Source: Narcine bancroftii
Taxonomy: Eukaryota
Length of the DNA stretch: 64,000 nt
Assembly: GCF_036971445.1 (NCBI RefSeq)
Contig: NC_091477.1
Coordinates: 23,932,001-23,996,000, forward strand
Reading direction: 5' to 3'
A program made the translations under genes and the position numbers. The number at the start of each line of letters is the position of its first letter. The first letter of the stretch is position 1. Positions 1 through 12,459 of the stretch are shown in pieces. The notes beneath the pieces were generated by a model. It searched no databases. It was not told where the DNA came from and was given only the letters and a program-made list of their open reading frames with translations.

Positions 1-250
1 GTGGGCGGCATGTTGAGCGTAGCGGTTAGCGCAATGCTGTTACAGCAGCAGCAATCGGGACGGAGGTTCGAATCCTGCACTGTCTGTAAGGAGTGTGTAC
101 GCTTTCCCCATATCCACAGGGGTTTCCTCCGGGTGCTCCACTTTCCTCCCACCCTTCAAAACGTATTGGGGTTTGAAGGTCAATTGGATGTAATTGGGTG
201 TAATTGGGCAAAAATGCCCTGTTACTGAGTTGCATGTATTTTTTTTTTAA
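1..250 (+). mobile_element. tRNA-derived SINE with V-domain-like core (HE1/V-SINE type)
   Basis: A-box-like GCGTAGCGGTTAGC, B-box GGTTCGAATCC at 65-75, then core GGTTTCCTCCGGGTGCTCCACTTTCCTCCCAC; several related copies in the window. Confidence 0.8.
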
Positions 251-254
251 TGAT

Positions 255-430
255 ATAGACAGATTAGATGCAAAGAAATGTTCCCACTGTTAGGAAGATC
301 AAGAATCAGGATAAAGCAAAAGGACTAAAAGTGACATGAGGAAAAAGTGAGTGGTTAGAGAATACGATGCATTTTTGGGGTGATGGTGAACACATGATCA
401 ATACTTGCATTCAAAAGAGATCGGACTATG
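255..430 (+). mobile_element. degenerate CR1 3' fragment
   Basis: AGATGCAAAGAAATGTTCCCACTG...GACATGAGGAAAAA resembles the CR1 3' ends at 22000-22300 and 37850-38180. Confidence 0.45.
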
Positions 431-1799
431 TATTTAAAAGGAAAGAAATTGTGAACCTCATAGTGAGAAAGTCTTTAAAACCTTTCTGAATAAGCATATG
501 ATTTAGTTCCAATTATTGTTCAATCAAGAAAATTTGCCTATAATGTATCCTCCAGAGAAAGCAAAGCACAGAAAACACTGACCAAAGAATTGTTCTATGC
601 TATCCATGAAGTGTTCAGATTTTCCTTCATTCTGAGTCCCATTGACCTGAAGCCACAATATTTAAATAAGGAAATCGTGGAGGGTGAAAAATTGGTAAAG
701 ACCTTGAATTTATTTGTTTAATTTCAGAGAAGTCTGTTTAGCAGTCAAAATTTAAAAAACAAGTTTGAGAAGGGGACATCCTTCAGGGTCATATTAAATT
801 CCACCTCCACATGATATCTTCTCAATTAATAGCTCAAGGACAAATAAAGATGTGATGCTATTGAATATTTTCAAGTTATTGCCCATAAAAATAGGTTTAT
901 ATGGCTCTTAACAATAGTTTTGAGTTCATTAACATTGATGAAAAAGTAATTTCATAAGATTCGGCCAGTTATCTTGTCTTAGAATTTGCTTCAGTGGAGC
1001 TCTGTAGTAAGCTTTGTTACAAAGATAGATTATCAGGTGGACAAAGGAAAAGATTTAAGGATATTTTCAAAATCCTCTTTTTGAGGTTTTTGACAAAGAA
1101 ATAAGTCATGTCAAAGATCTATCCTTCAGTGTACTTGTCCATGTATTAATGTACTTGTCGATGCATTACCGTGTGTTAGTTAGCTTACAGGCAGGCCGTC
1201 ATACTTGCACACACGTCATGGTGTCAGGAAATAAATGCCACCGGACACAAGCTGTTGTTCTGGTTCTTGGTGATTTCATTAGAAGTTTTGAGTGAGTGAT
1301 GATCTTATATTATCTCTTATTCCTGACACTTCAGGATTGAACAGGTAATCAAATGCAATTCTTTTAACTAAAAATGCCCAGCGGCAGGTTACAGCATTCC
1401 CATGATAAAATATGCTCAGTTAGACTTTGCTGATGTTTTTCAGAATATATTTTCATGTGTACCTTTATATGTGCACTCACAACATCTTCCAATCACTGGA
1501 TCCACTTTGATAGGGCTATTTGTTTCTTTCGGGAGCTTTGGATGAAAATTACAGTTCAATATTTTCATTATCCAATGTGCTAAACAAATTAAATTAAATT
1601 TTCTTCAGTTAACTTAAGAATAAATGCTTGCCACTCATTTTCTCTCCCTCTGAATTAATTACTTATTTTGAACATTGTATTTTTCGCAAAGTCTGCTGTT
1701 GGTACATCAAAGTAGTCAAGTCTGAACACAGAGCGCTGGTAAATATTATAGGACTGAGCTACTGCTTGCATGGGAATATTCACTAATGAGGTTGAGGTT

Positions 1800-2030
1800 A
1801 TTTGTTAGTCCTTCCCCGGCTTCATTCTCCCTTTCTATTGGCCTCTAGCTTCTTTCCCACCACTCCCCTCCCCTTTATATGTACTTTCACCTGTTCTATC
1901 TTGAGAAAGGTTCATTCCCAGAATGTTGACTGACCATTTCTGTTGATGACCTGCTGAGTTTCTCCAGAAATTCTTTGACTGCTTAGTTCTCCAACAACAG
2001 CTACACCTTTTCTGATTTTTGTGTTTTCCT
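1800..2030 (+). mobile_element. degenerate Penelope-like terminal repeat fragment
   Basis: Pyrimidine-rich tract followed by GACCTGCTGAGTTTCTCCAG, the reverse complement of CTGGAGAAACTCAGCAGGTC at 32084. Confidence 0.55.
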
Positions 2031-2049
2031 CTTGCTCTACTCACTTTTC

Positions 2050-3129
2050 ACCTAAGACCGTGTGGCTCGATACGCCAATAAAACCATCTACAAATCTGCC
2101 GAGGGTACCAGAGTAGTGGGTTGTATAAAGGAAGGGGATGGGTCAGCATACAGGACAGACATTGAAAACTTGGCTGAATGGTGCACCAACAACCTTGCAC
2201 TCAATGTCACCAAAACAAAGCAGCTGATTGTTGACTTCACGAAGGGAAAACCAGAGGTATACTAACCAGTGATCATTGGGTTATCAGAGGTGGAGAGGAT
2301 GAGCAAATTTAAATTCTGGAGAATTCATGGACCCAACACACTAATGGCATCATGAAGAAGACACATCAGTGCCTCTACATCCTTAGGAGTTTGCGGAGGT
2401 TTGGTATGGTTCCAGAACCTCTAGTAGATTTGTACAGAGGTGTAGTGAAAAATGTGCTGACCGTCTACATCATGGGCTGATATGGGGACATCAATAACCC
2501 TGAGCATAAAACCATAGTGGACACAGCCCAGGACATCACAGGCAAAACCCTCCCCAATATTCAGAACATCTACAGGGAATGCTGCAATCATCAAAGACCC
2601 ACATCACTAAGCACATGCTCTGTTCTCACTGCTGCCATCAGGAAAGAGGTGCCACAAGACTCCCACCACAAAGTTTAGGAAGAGCTGCTACCCCTCCACC
2701 ACCAGACTCCTTCTTTTTAATTTAATTTTTTTATTTTTCACACTATAAACCATACTGACCAAAATACATACAGACATTTTTCTCTTGAATAGAGAGTGTC
2801 ATTTTCTCCCCTTTTTCCCCCCTCCCTTCCCTCCCTCCCTCTCCCCCCCTTCCCATTTATTCAAAGTTCAATCTATAAGATACATTAAACCCATTAAACA
2901 ATGTCGTCACTTAATGACAAATTCAATCAGTGACTCATTTAAGGACTCTTATTTGTGCACTTTATTTTCTTTGTATTATACAGTCAGTTTGTTTATATTC
3001 ATTATCTGTTTACAGTTCGTTATTTGTTTCCATGTATATGCCGTGTACAGTTTTTGTTTTGCACTACCAATTAGTGGTAATTCTGCCACATGTACTCTCT
3101 TGACAATAAATCTGAAATCTGAAATCTGA
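2050..3129 (+). mobile_element. 5'-truncated, decayed Rex1/Babar non-LTR retrotransposon
   Basis: ORF 2062-2265 reads TIYKSA..TRVVG..SAYRTDIENLAEWC.NNLALNVTKTKQLIVDF, a Rex1 RT C-terminal signature; ends in CAATAAATCTGAAATCTGAAATCTGA tandem tail; homologous to 48015-48596 and 54081-55369. Confidence 0.85.
2712..2911 (-). mobile_element. 3' UTR/poly(A) end of another LINE (L1-like) nested in the Rex1 copy
   Basis: Absent from sister Rex1 copies, which read CTCCTCAACAATAAACTCAATCAG uninterrupted; minus strand has a G-rich tract, AATAAA and an A-rich tail. Confidence 0.6.
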
Positions 3130-3784
3130 GGCCTATTTAATGCTCATACTGTGCAGAAACCCCAGAGGGCGCCAGCAGTGCCAGGTTCCTGGCAAACAGA
3201 AAGGAAGAAAATGAATTTGCTCTGTTTCCCAGGAAACTGTTGGAGATATAAGCAGAGCACAATATGAAGCTTTGTGCCAGCTGCCACCAAATGCCCTTTA
3301 ATCATGTCATCACCCAGACTCCTTCATTTTTCTTCCCAAGAGTGTATACACGCTTTATGTATTCAAGATGTTTTGTTCCGTCTTTTTCCATTACATCTCC
3401 AATAATCCTGCTTATTCCTCTTTTGTGTATTGTAGCAACCAGAACTGCAGTATTCCAAGTGGGATTGACAGAAGATAGCAAAAGTATCAGGATGATCTCA
3501 CTCTTTGGACAAAATGTTCCTTTCCAAGCAACTTAATTTCAAGTTTATTTTTTGACACTACGTGTTGCGACGAAAACCTCCATTTACCGAACATCAAGTC
3601 AACAGATCACTGAGGTATTTTTTAGTTTCCATAAAGTATTTTTGGTTCCCCATTAATTTCTGTCCTCAGGTGAATTAATTAACATCATTGGAACTGTCAC
3701 TTGTCTGTTTCATTCACAAGTGTACTTCAGTCCTTCTATACTAGAAAATCTTTTTAAAACTGCAGGTGCAAGAAAAATGCATAC

Positions 3785-3877
3785 AGAAAATACTGGAAAT
3801 ACTCAGCTGATTAGGCTGCATATGTGGGAAGGGAAACAGTTAATGTTTAAGCTGATGAGTATTTCCAGTGTTTTCTC
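3785..3877. repeat. short inverted-repeat element made of Penelope-like termini
   Basis: AGAAAATACTGGAAATACTCA ... TGAGTATTTCCAGTGTTTTCT form near-perfect inverted arms. Confidence 0.55.
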
Positions 3878-5686
3878 TTTTACTTCCCTGGTTCAGATTT
3901 AGAGGCAACCTCTCTTATTAGCCTCGCATTATCAGCAAAGCGAACCTCTTTCTCTGAGATGACCAATTCCAGATGATAAACTCAGCAGCGCTTAAAATAG
4001 AATTCCACACTGTGCATGCTCATCCAGAGTGGTGACAAGCCTCATTAAATCAAAAGGAGCAAATTCTCCCAAGTGATATTCCCTGCAACCCCACCCTCTG
4101 TGTACTGAGTTACCTCTTTATTTATCCATTGGAAATGATGGCAGTGCAATGGTTAAATATACAAGGTATGAGTTAAATTGTACGTTGATAACTGTGGAAT
4201 TTTAATTCAGTCAATAATTTGCAATCTCAAAAATGTTACTCTTAGTAATGATGGCCCGAGACAACTAGATTGTTGGATAAACTCTTCTGGTTCATTTGTG
4301 CCCTTCAGTGTGGGAAATATGTCATCTTTTGACTCTGTTTGGCATGAATGTGTTTCCAAATTTGTAGTAAAGATAGTCAGAAATGTAAATAAATCTAACC
4401 TATGTTTTCTCTCTTCCACACCCCCCACACCCCCACTCCCACCTCTCTTTTTCCCTTCCTCTCTCTCAGCCTCTTGCCCAGCAGGAATTACAATGCGAAA
4501 AGTTGTAACTGATGATGACTCCACACTAATAATTAGCTCGGCATTCACAGCTGGCTGCTGGGACACTGTAAAGGTTAGGTGAGAGGTAGGATCTGCACAT
4601 CTAATGAGATTGAACGTGACTGAGTGAAGCTGGGGATAGGGCAAGGATGGCACAGGTGCCAGTGGCTAGAAAGTGAGATTGTGCACAGTTTTCCATTACG
4701 TTTAAATTTATTTGTCGCAAAATACTTGGTGCAGTAAGAAGGGCTCTTCTGTGAGTAGACCACCAGATTATCTCTAGCAATCAATCTGCCACATAAAGAG
4801 CATAATTTCAGAGTAATTTCAAAGCAATGAAAGGAAAGATCAATAATTAACAAGAAAGGAGAGTGTGATAGCATTGTTATGGAGTCCATTCAGGAGGTTA
4901 ATGGCTGCAGGGAAGAAACTGTTTTAAGCCTTTTGGTGTGTGCTATCACCATCTTGTGGCTTCTCTCTGATAGGATGGGGGGAAGAAGAGAGTTGATGTG
5001 AGCCATGACAAGGTCATCAAAGTATTTCACAAAATGGTGGATGTCAAAGCCACTTTCCAGCAATCACTTAGGCCCATTATTGAGCTTTTATTCGGTACCG
5101 GTATGACGGTGGCCTTCTTGAAGCAAGTGGAAACTGGCCTGTTTGGGGAGAGATTAAAGATGTCAGTGAATTTAGCTTCCAGTTGTGCAATTGATTAAAT
5201 TAGATGAAGATTTTAATGGGCATCTATCATGGGAAGATTTCTGAGTACATACTTGAAATGCTCAGCACATCAGCAAGCCATCACGTTTGATGACTGCTGC
5301 CATCACTATTCTGAATCCTAGTGATTGAGGGATAATGGAGTCCCACAGGAGTCTAATCATCTGTCTTCCAGATGATTGTTTGGATCGCTGATCTACCACA
5401 CATTGATGTGGCAGCAGCTCCGTGGGACATGTGACCTTTCATGCCTTCACCGCTTCCACTTCACCAGTGCCCTTTCTTGGTAGTTCACATAACCTTTAAG
5501 GAAGCTTGAGTAGAATGTTTCCATTATCAGACCCCACTTCACTAGCAGTTCCTTCCAAACTCCATGCATTTGTTGAGAATTCCCTTTGGTGATTCCCAGA
5601 TCCATGTTAATTTCCTGCCAGCAATCTCCTTCCCTTTGATGCCTATTGTTAAATTGCTTCAGTAACTATACTGTCCCATCTATTTG

Positions 5687-6242
5687 CCACCAGCGTTGTC
5701 TCCGCTCCATCCTCAACATTCATTGGAGCGCTTTCATCCCTAACGTCGAAGTACTCGAGATGGCAGAGGTCGACAGCATCGAGTCCACGCTGCTGAAGAT
5801 CCAGCTGCGCTGGGTGGGTCACGTCTCCAGAATGGAGGACCATCGCCTTCCCAAGATCGTGTTATATGGCGAGCTCTCCACTGGCCACCGTGACAGAGGT
5901 GCACCAAAGAAAAGGTACAAGGACTGCCTAAAGAAATCTCTTGGTGCCTGCCACATTGACCACCGCCAGTGGGCTGATATTGCCTCAAACCGTGCATCTT
6001 GGCGCCTCACAGTTTGGCAGGCAGCAACCTCCTTTGAAGAAGACCGCAGAGCCCACCTCACTGACAAAAGGCAAAGGAGGAAAAGCCCAACACCCAACCC
6101 CAACCAACCAATTTTCCCCTGCAACCGCTGCAACCGTGTCTGCCTGTGCCGCATCGGACTTGTCAGCCACAAACGAGCCTGCAGCTGACGTGGACATTTA
6201 CCCCCTCCATAAATCTTCGTCCGCGAAGCCAAGCCAAAGAAG
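5687..6242 (+). mobile_element. RTE-clade LINE, 3' fragment (young)
   Basis: Near-identical to 20707-21262; encodes HQRCLRSIL..QLRWVGHVSRMEDHRLPK..CNRCNRVC..RIGLVSHKRAC; short 3' UTR ending GCCAAGCCAAAGAAG. Confidence 0.95.
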
Positions 6243-7104
6243 TGGTTGCATTAATTCACCAGACCTAAATCTTGGTTTACAATATAAAATTTCCTCAGTT
6301 AAATAAAAATTTCATACCAAAGCACGCTACCATATTTCTATTCATATTTTATGGTTAATGAAAGATATTTTCCATTGAAATTAATGTTTTTTTGAAAATA
6401 CAACAATTTTAAACATATAAAGAAAATGTGTTTCTCATCAAACTATTGTTAGTGAGTGGAGAATTAAATAAACTTCATTCACTTCAAAGGAAATAAGCCA
6501 GTCAGTTGGTGACTCTGGATGACAACATCAGTAATTAAGTGGTAATTGAAAAATTGCTGCCAAAATCATTTAATCCCAGCTGTTCCACCCAAAATTTGGA
6601 ATTAATGGAAAATTTTATGTGGAAATCAAGTGCCATAGTTTGCAGTGCAAATTGGAGCAGTTTGTAATAAATTGGTTGTTAAATCTCTGTGGGTGCTGCT
6701 TGGCTGAAGTCACTGGAGTAAAACCCCACCAATCTCCTGATCAGGAGACCAATTTACTGAAGGGTTGAGGAAATGAGAAAACTTCCCATTAATCCAAATA
6801 GTGCTTCTCAGAGTTTGTTTCTTTTCTCATATTAGTCCCAGTGCTACAGAAAAAAGTCATGCTGTTAACTAGCCTACCACAGAATTGTTTATGTACAATT
6901 CTGAGAAATAAGCTTTTATAGCTGATGCTTATGTTAACGCCTCTGGCAGATGACTTTTTGGCATCTTTGTGGAAATAATTGGAATGGCTGTAAAGCCAAA
7001 GGTAACAATGGCATATATTTTAGCCAATAAGTACATTCATAAATGTATTATGGTGCTTGTGGAGGTGGAAAGAGAGTGTTTGATACACAACAAGAAATAA
7101 AAGC

Positions 7105-7620
7105 ACTCTACTGGAGAAACTCGGCTGGTCAAACACTGTACTTTATGTAGCAAAGATAAAGATACATAACCAAGGTTTCGGCCTTGAGCCCTTCATCAAG
7201 GTATGGACAAAATGTGGGGTCAGGCACCTGAACAAAATGGTAGGGGGGAGGTGCATGGGGCATAGTCCCAAAGGCAAGTAATAGGTAGATAAGGCAAGCC
7301 ATTGTGTGTGAATGGAGAGGGAAGGGGGTGGAGAGCTAGAAGAAAGAAGACAAAGGGAGGGAGAATAGAGAGTAGGCTAGAAGAAACTGGAGATGTCGAT
7401 GTTAATGCCATCCAGTCGGAGAGTGCGCATATGGAAAATCAAGTGTTGTTCCTCCAATTTACATGTGATCTTGGTAGGATAGTACATGAGGCCATGGTCA
7501 GACATGGGAGCATGGGAGTGGAGTGCAGAATTGAAGTGGTTGACTGATGTGGCAGAACGAAGCAATCTCAGTCTATACCCAGTCTCTCTGATGTAGAGAA
7601 GCCCTCAAAGGAGCACCTTT
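7105..7620 (-). mobile_element. Penelope-like element 3' end (GIY-YIG C-terminus plus terminal repeat)
   Basis: Minus ORF 7377-7565 ends KLEEQHLIFHMRTLRLDGINIDISSF, typical of the vertebrate PLE ORF end; followed by the terminal repeat with the hammerhead-like motif. Confidence 0.8.
7165..7205 (-). ncRNA. hammerhead-ribozyme-like motif (minimal type I, Penelope-associated), degenerate copy
   Basis: Minus strand reads CATACC-TTGATGA-A-GGGC-TCAA-GGCC-GAAAC-CTT-GGTTATG. Confidence 0.55.
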
Positions 7621-8504
7621 GTTACTTACTGCACATCAAGAAACATGGGTTTCCCTAAGGGCCTCCGTCTCCCAAATCAAACCACTCATCCTTCCCTGGT
7701 TCACCAATTCCCTACTGCCCCCTGCTTCACCTATCCTGCCCGGTCCTCCTTTTTCTATCTCACCACTCCACGGTCAGTCTTGATGAATGCCTTTGAACTG
7801 AGTTCCTCTCCGCCACCCCCACTGATACTGGTCGATCCAGTTCCTCCAGCTAATCAGCTGAATTTTTTTCTCTCTGAAAGATCCTGCAGGTTTTAACAGC
7901 AGAACTTCTTTGAAGATTTTCCATTGGTTTCCTGCCCACTTGACTGGAGGACTAGCTGAAGCATTTTATTCCTCTGCATGAGTTGGTTTCCTCGTGTGCA
8001 TGCCAGGGTGGCAAACTATGCTCCAGGACCTGGCCAAGTTGTTCAGGATTCTTATTATAGAGCTGAAATTGAGCTTTTATGATATAATATCCCATAAAAC
8101 AGATATGCCATTTCAAGGTAGTTATATCGACATTTGAATGAATAATTGTATTTGAGAAGCATATAAATCTTTTTTCCCCAGATTAATTTTTCTCAGACAG
8201 TGGGAGAAAAATCTGTACTTGCATCAATAGCGATGAAATATAGTAACACTTACTGCATCCAAAATTCATTTGTAATGGGTCTGAACTTCAAAACAATACA
8301 TTTGTAGGTGCAACTGAATCTTAAATTCACATTAGCAATTCAAGGAGAAATTAAATAGTTTGAGACAAAAAGAACACAATTGCAGTTTATGTGTGTGTGT
8401 TAAAAATTTCATGACTTTGTGTGATTTCAACATTTTAAATTCTTGATAAAGTTATGTAAAATGATTGAAATTCTGCAGTGATCCATTTCCCACCACCAAA
8501 TTAT

Positions 8505-8850
8505 AGAACATAACATAAAGCATTGAACCATACAACAGAGGTTCTACAGCCCATCTTGTCTGTGCTAACTATGATGCAATTTAAAATAACCCCACCTGCC
8601 TGCACCTGATCTATATTCCTGCATGTTGATTGCTTGTCACTTTTATATCTGCTTCCATCTTGGCAGTGTATTCCTGGCACCTACCAATCACTGTGTAAAA
8701 AGCGTAGCTCACAATCTCTTTTAAATTTACCCCTGCTCACTTTAAACCTAAAGTGATCTCCAGTCGAGACATTTGATATTTCCACAATGCGAAAAAAAGG
8801 TTCTGAATATCTCCCCTATCTATGCATCTGATAATTTGATATACTTCCTC
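8505..8850 (-). mobile_element. degenerate CR1 3' fragment
   Basis: ATAGAACATAACATA tail and CACCTACCAATCACTGTGTAAAA, similar to the minus-strand CR1 at 49500-49750. Confidence 0.6.
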
Positions 8851-10186
8851 AGGGTACTTGCCTGAATTATTGTGATAGTATAATGTGATTTAACTGAATT
8901 CAGTTGAATAAATCTGTCAATAATATTGATGATTCTAAAGTAACAAATTGATCAAAAAAAACCCAAAATGATACAATATAGAATTTTTATTTATTTATTA
9001 TTACAATATACTGAAAACCTGTAGTTCTCTAAAATGATCATAAAGTTGTGATCAGATAACATAAATGTTAAGTAAAAAGAATATTATTATTAATTATGGT
9101 AAGTAGCAATATCGAGCAGAATTTATCTGAATCACAAAAGGTGATATTGGGGCAGATAATTAATAGCTTGGTCATAGAGGTGTAAATTAAATGGGTTGTT
9201 TAAGAAAGGGAGGAGAGGTGAAGATTTTAGGGTGGGAATTCCAGAACATCTAGCCAAGTGAAACTGTCAATTGTAGGATAATTATGAGTGAGAATGAGCA
9301 AGAAGTCATGAATGAAGGAGTAGATAACAGAGGGAAGGAGGGAAAATGAAATGGAGGGATTAAAAAGCAATAAAAAGAATTATATGCAGAAATATTGCTG
9401 GTTAACTTTTCCTGATTCATATTCTTTCCCAATTTGACAGTGGATAATATTTATATGGAGTAATGATGCATAACAATGTTCAGGGTAAGCTGAAGTTGTT
9501 GATTCTGAATAAATTATGTTCCTAGCTAATTTTACATGGGAATACCTAAAATCAGATAGATAATTTTTTATGTTAATGTTCAAATGCTTCACATATTTAT
9601 AGAGATTTAACTGGCAGATAAAACTTCTGGACTTGGTGTAATTTAATTTTAATCTAGTATCTATTTTGTTAAGAGTACTGCAGCCATTCCCAGAGGAAAT
9701 CACACTGCTCTGAAAATTCAAAAAGGCACTTCCCCTTCTCCAGCTGATGCAATTCTGTACCAGGTGATCTCTGAGTGGTTTTCATTTTTAACCCCGATGG
9801 GGGAAATTCAAGTGGAATTGCTGGCACGCCTCACAAAATTAGGCTTTTACAATATTGTTGCATTGCAGATGCAGTAGGTAAGTCCCCTACTTGCCTTTAC
9901 ATCCCCCAAAATACTCTCTCCCCACCCCCCCATCATTCACTACCCTGAGAGCCATTAGTCTCCCTCCTGATTCTCTGATAAATTTTGCCCTCAGAATCAC
10001 TTCTTTTCCTTCCATTTTGGAGGTTGTTTTATACTTTGCTATATAATTAGTGATCATTCTGCACGAATCTGAGCTTAACGTTGCAACCTGGCGGTAGTAC
10101 TACTCTCATTTCCCAATCTATCAAACATGCTGGCATTTTTCTTCAGCATTAAGCACATGGTGGGGGCAAAATGTGAACTTGGCAGT

Positions 10187-10372
10187 TGTGGTGATATGTA
10201 ATTACACCATTAGGTCACCAGGGGTCATCCCAGTGATCTTGTCTATAAAGCAGTCCAGAGCTACAGTCTAGCCTTTCAGGTTTGTCTTGCAGAGACAAGA
10301 CCTCTTAATGTACGTATTAGTTTATTAAAGCTGTCTTATACTCGCACTGCTTGTGTGGTTATTGTCAGTACA
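10187..10372 (+). mobile_element. solo LTR (186 bp)
   Basis: TGTGG...GTACA termini, perfect 5-bp TSD GCAGT (10182-10186 / 10373-10377), internal TATAAAG and ATTAAA. Confidence 0.85.
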
Positions 10373-12459
10373 GCAGTATGTGAACTTCTGATGCAAAATG
10401 GAACCCTTGTAGGAGCTGCATGAACTTGAAGTGGCATCAGGTTGGCATGGAGATGGTACTTGTATGTTTAACCTCTGCTAGTCTTTTTTCTTTTCACATA
10501 CCTATTGAAGACCTTACCGTGCATTTTTTATGATTCTTGCCAGTTTACTCACATATTCTATCTTGACTTTCTTTGGCAATTTCTTCATTCTCCAAAGCTC
10601 CTATTTCTCAAATATACTGTTACTTCTGACAAATTTAATGACCCTCTTCCTTTACTTCCCAGTGTTTTCTTCTTGCTTTAATTCCACCTGACATTTGCAT
10701 GCCTCGCTCTCTGTTAGGATGTCACTTGCGTATTCAGTCGCCTGGGGATAATGTAGTCTGAGTTTGCAAATCCCCACTGTCCAAGCTGCACTGTTTAAGG
10801 CTGTGACACACCATCATGTATCTGTTTTGTAGGATAATTTGTCACAGGTCTTTTTATATCACCTGTCACACCCTGACAGCTGGTCCAGTTAAACATATTT
10901 GTGTACAAAATTATCCACGACTATACATCTCTGTTCCCTGCTCTGTTCTTATCGATCCTTTGCAAGGCAATAATCATCATCCCCAACAGGACCTAACTCC
11001 TGGCAGTAAATTAAGCTACTCACCTCCATGGTTCACTGGCCATGCAATGAATCATGTCAATTATGGCAGTTGTGGTGGACACCCATTTCAGGTATGTGGA
11101 AGCTATTATCCATGACTCACATTTTACAAAATTCTTGTGAATACAGCATATTGCTCCTCCATTCCCCACTTCTCTCCCCAGACCTCCAGTGCACTGACTG
11201 GAAAAATGGCCAAGGATTCCCTCCAAGAATCAATCATAATTTATTCATTCCCAGGTAAGATTCAGCACATAGTAACACCCAAAACCTTTCTCATCCACAG
11301 TTCTTCTCTCCTTTAAGAATCACATACTAGTTTTGTAGCAGTAGGACTGCAGCTATTTAAGGAAGTAGCTCATCGTCGTCCTCTTAAGAGCACTTAGTGG
11401 CCAATGTGCATTGTGTAGTAGTAATGTTGCGAGCTCTGCAGATGCAAACAGTTCTTCAGAAATCATTGTGAAGCTGATGTACTGACTGAATCATACAGAA
11501 CAATCATAGGGTAAATGCGCTTCAAGATCCCCAGACCAATTTTTGTGCACTGTTTAATTTCACTCCCAATATATTTAAATGGTGATCTCTACCTCTCCTT
11601 TTTCATTTTTGTTTGGTCCTTGCGATAAAGTTGCTTGTTAACTCACAGTTTCAGCCCTTGGGGCTGCATTCAAACCCCTTTCTCTTTGCATTTAATCATG
11701 AATAATTCTAATACTCAAAATATGAATTTGAGTGAGATCATGATACAGTAAGGTGAATCAAATGTTTGAATTCATAACAATGGTTTGCATTTTTCACTAT
11801 GATCTCTGAATAATAAATAAAATAAAAGGATAAATTTTGTGCCTTACTCAGCAGTTTTTCTGATGTATTTTTAAATATGCAAATCTGGAAATGCAATGTA
11901 GCACAGCCTGAAAATCTAAATACCACATGAAAAATCATGGACGAAATTTTCTCAAATAGTGAAATTGGAATATTTTCATTAATGCACTCTGATACAAATA
12001 AAAAGGACACTCCATTGCAAATAAACCCTTTCTGTTTGTATGTATATTTTGATCTTATTAACCAGCTTCACTATTAACAATTTTGCAATTACTATGCCCA
12101 ATGTTTCATGATGTACTTGAAGAATATTAATGTGTAATAAATCACTTAATGAGAACAACTCAAACAGACATAAGAACATCTTATGGGACAAATCTCTGTG
12201 ACATTAAATTAATCACTTGGTAACCTATGGTTCCTGTTATTTTCGCTCAAAAATTATACAAAAAATAAAGGTTATTCCTGTCTGGGTTGACTGATATTTT
12301 TACTTTTCTTTGAAAAAAAAACTATGAATGATATTTCAATCCCCAGAAGGAATTAAACTCCTCAGATATATATATTTGGACTTATGGCCAAATTGCTCTT
12401 TGGTCTAAAAGCAAAGGAAACTGTAGTTGGTGTGGACACTGTATTCTTGAGCATATTTA

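Noticed and set aside
1-90. tRNA gene (also heads at 25515, 28100-28190, 35838)
   Set aside because: A and B boxes are present, but there is no cloverleaf and each continues into a SINE body
1130-1169. Short imperfect tandem duplications (also 32144-32171 and 49470-49507)
   Set aside because: Two-unit local slippage duplications with no further structure
4207-4653. 148-aa minus-strand ORF
   Set aside because: Non-ATG start, crosses a low-complexity purine tract, no recognisable domain
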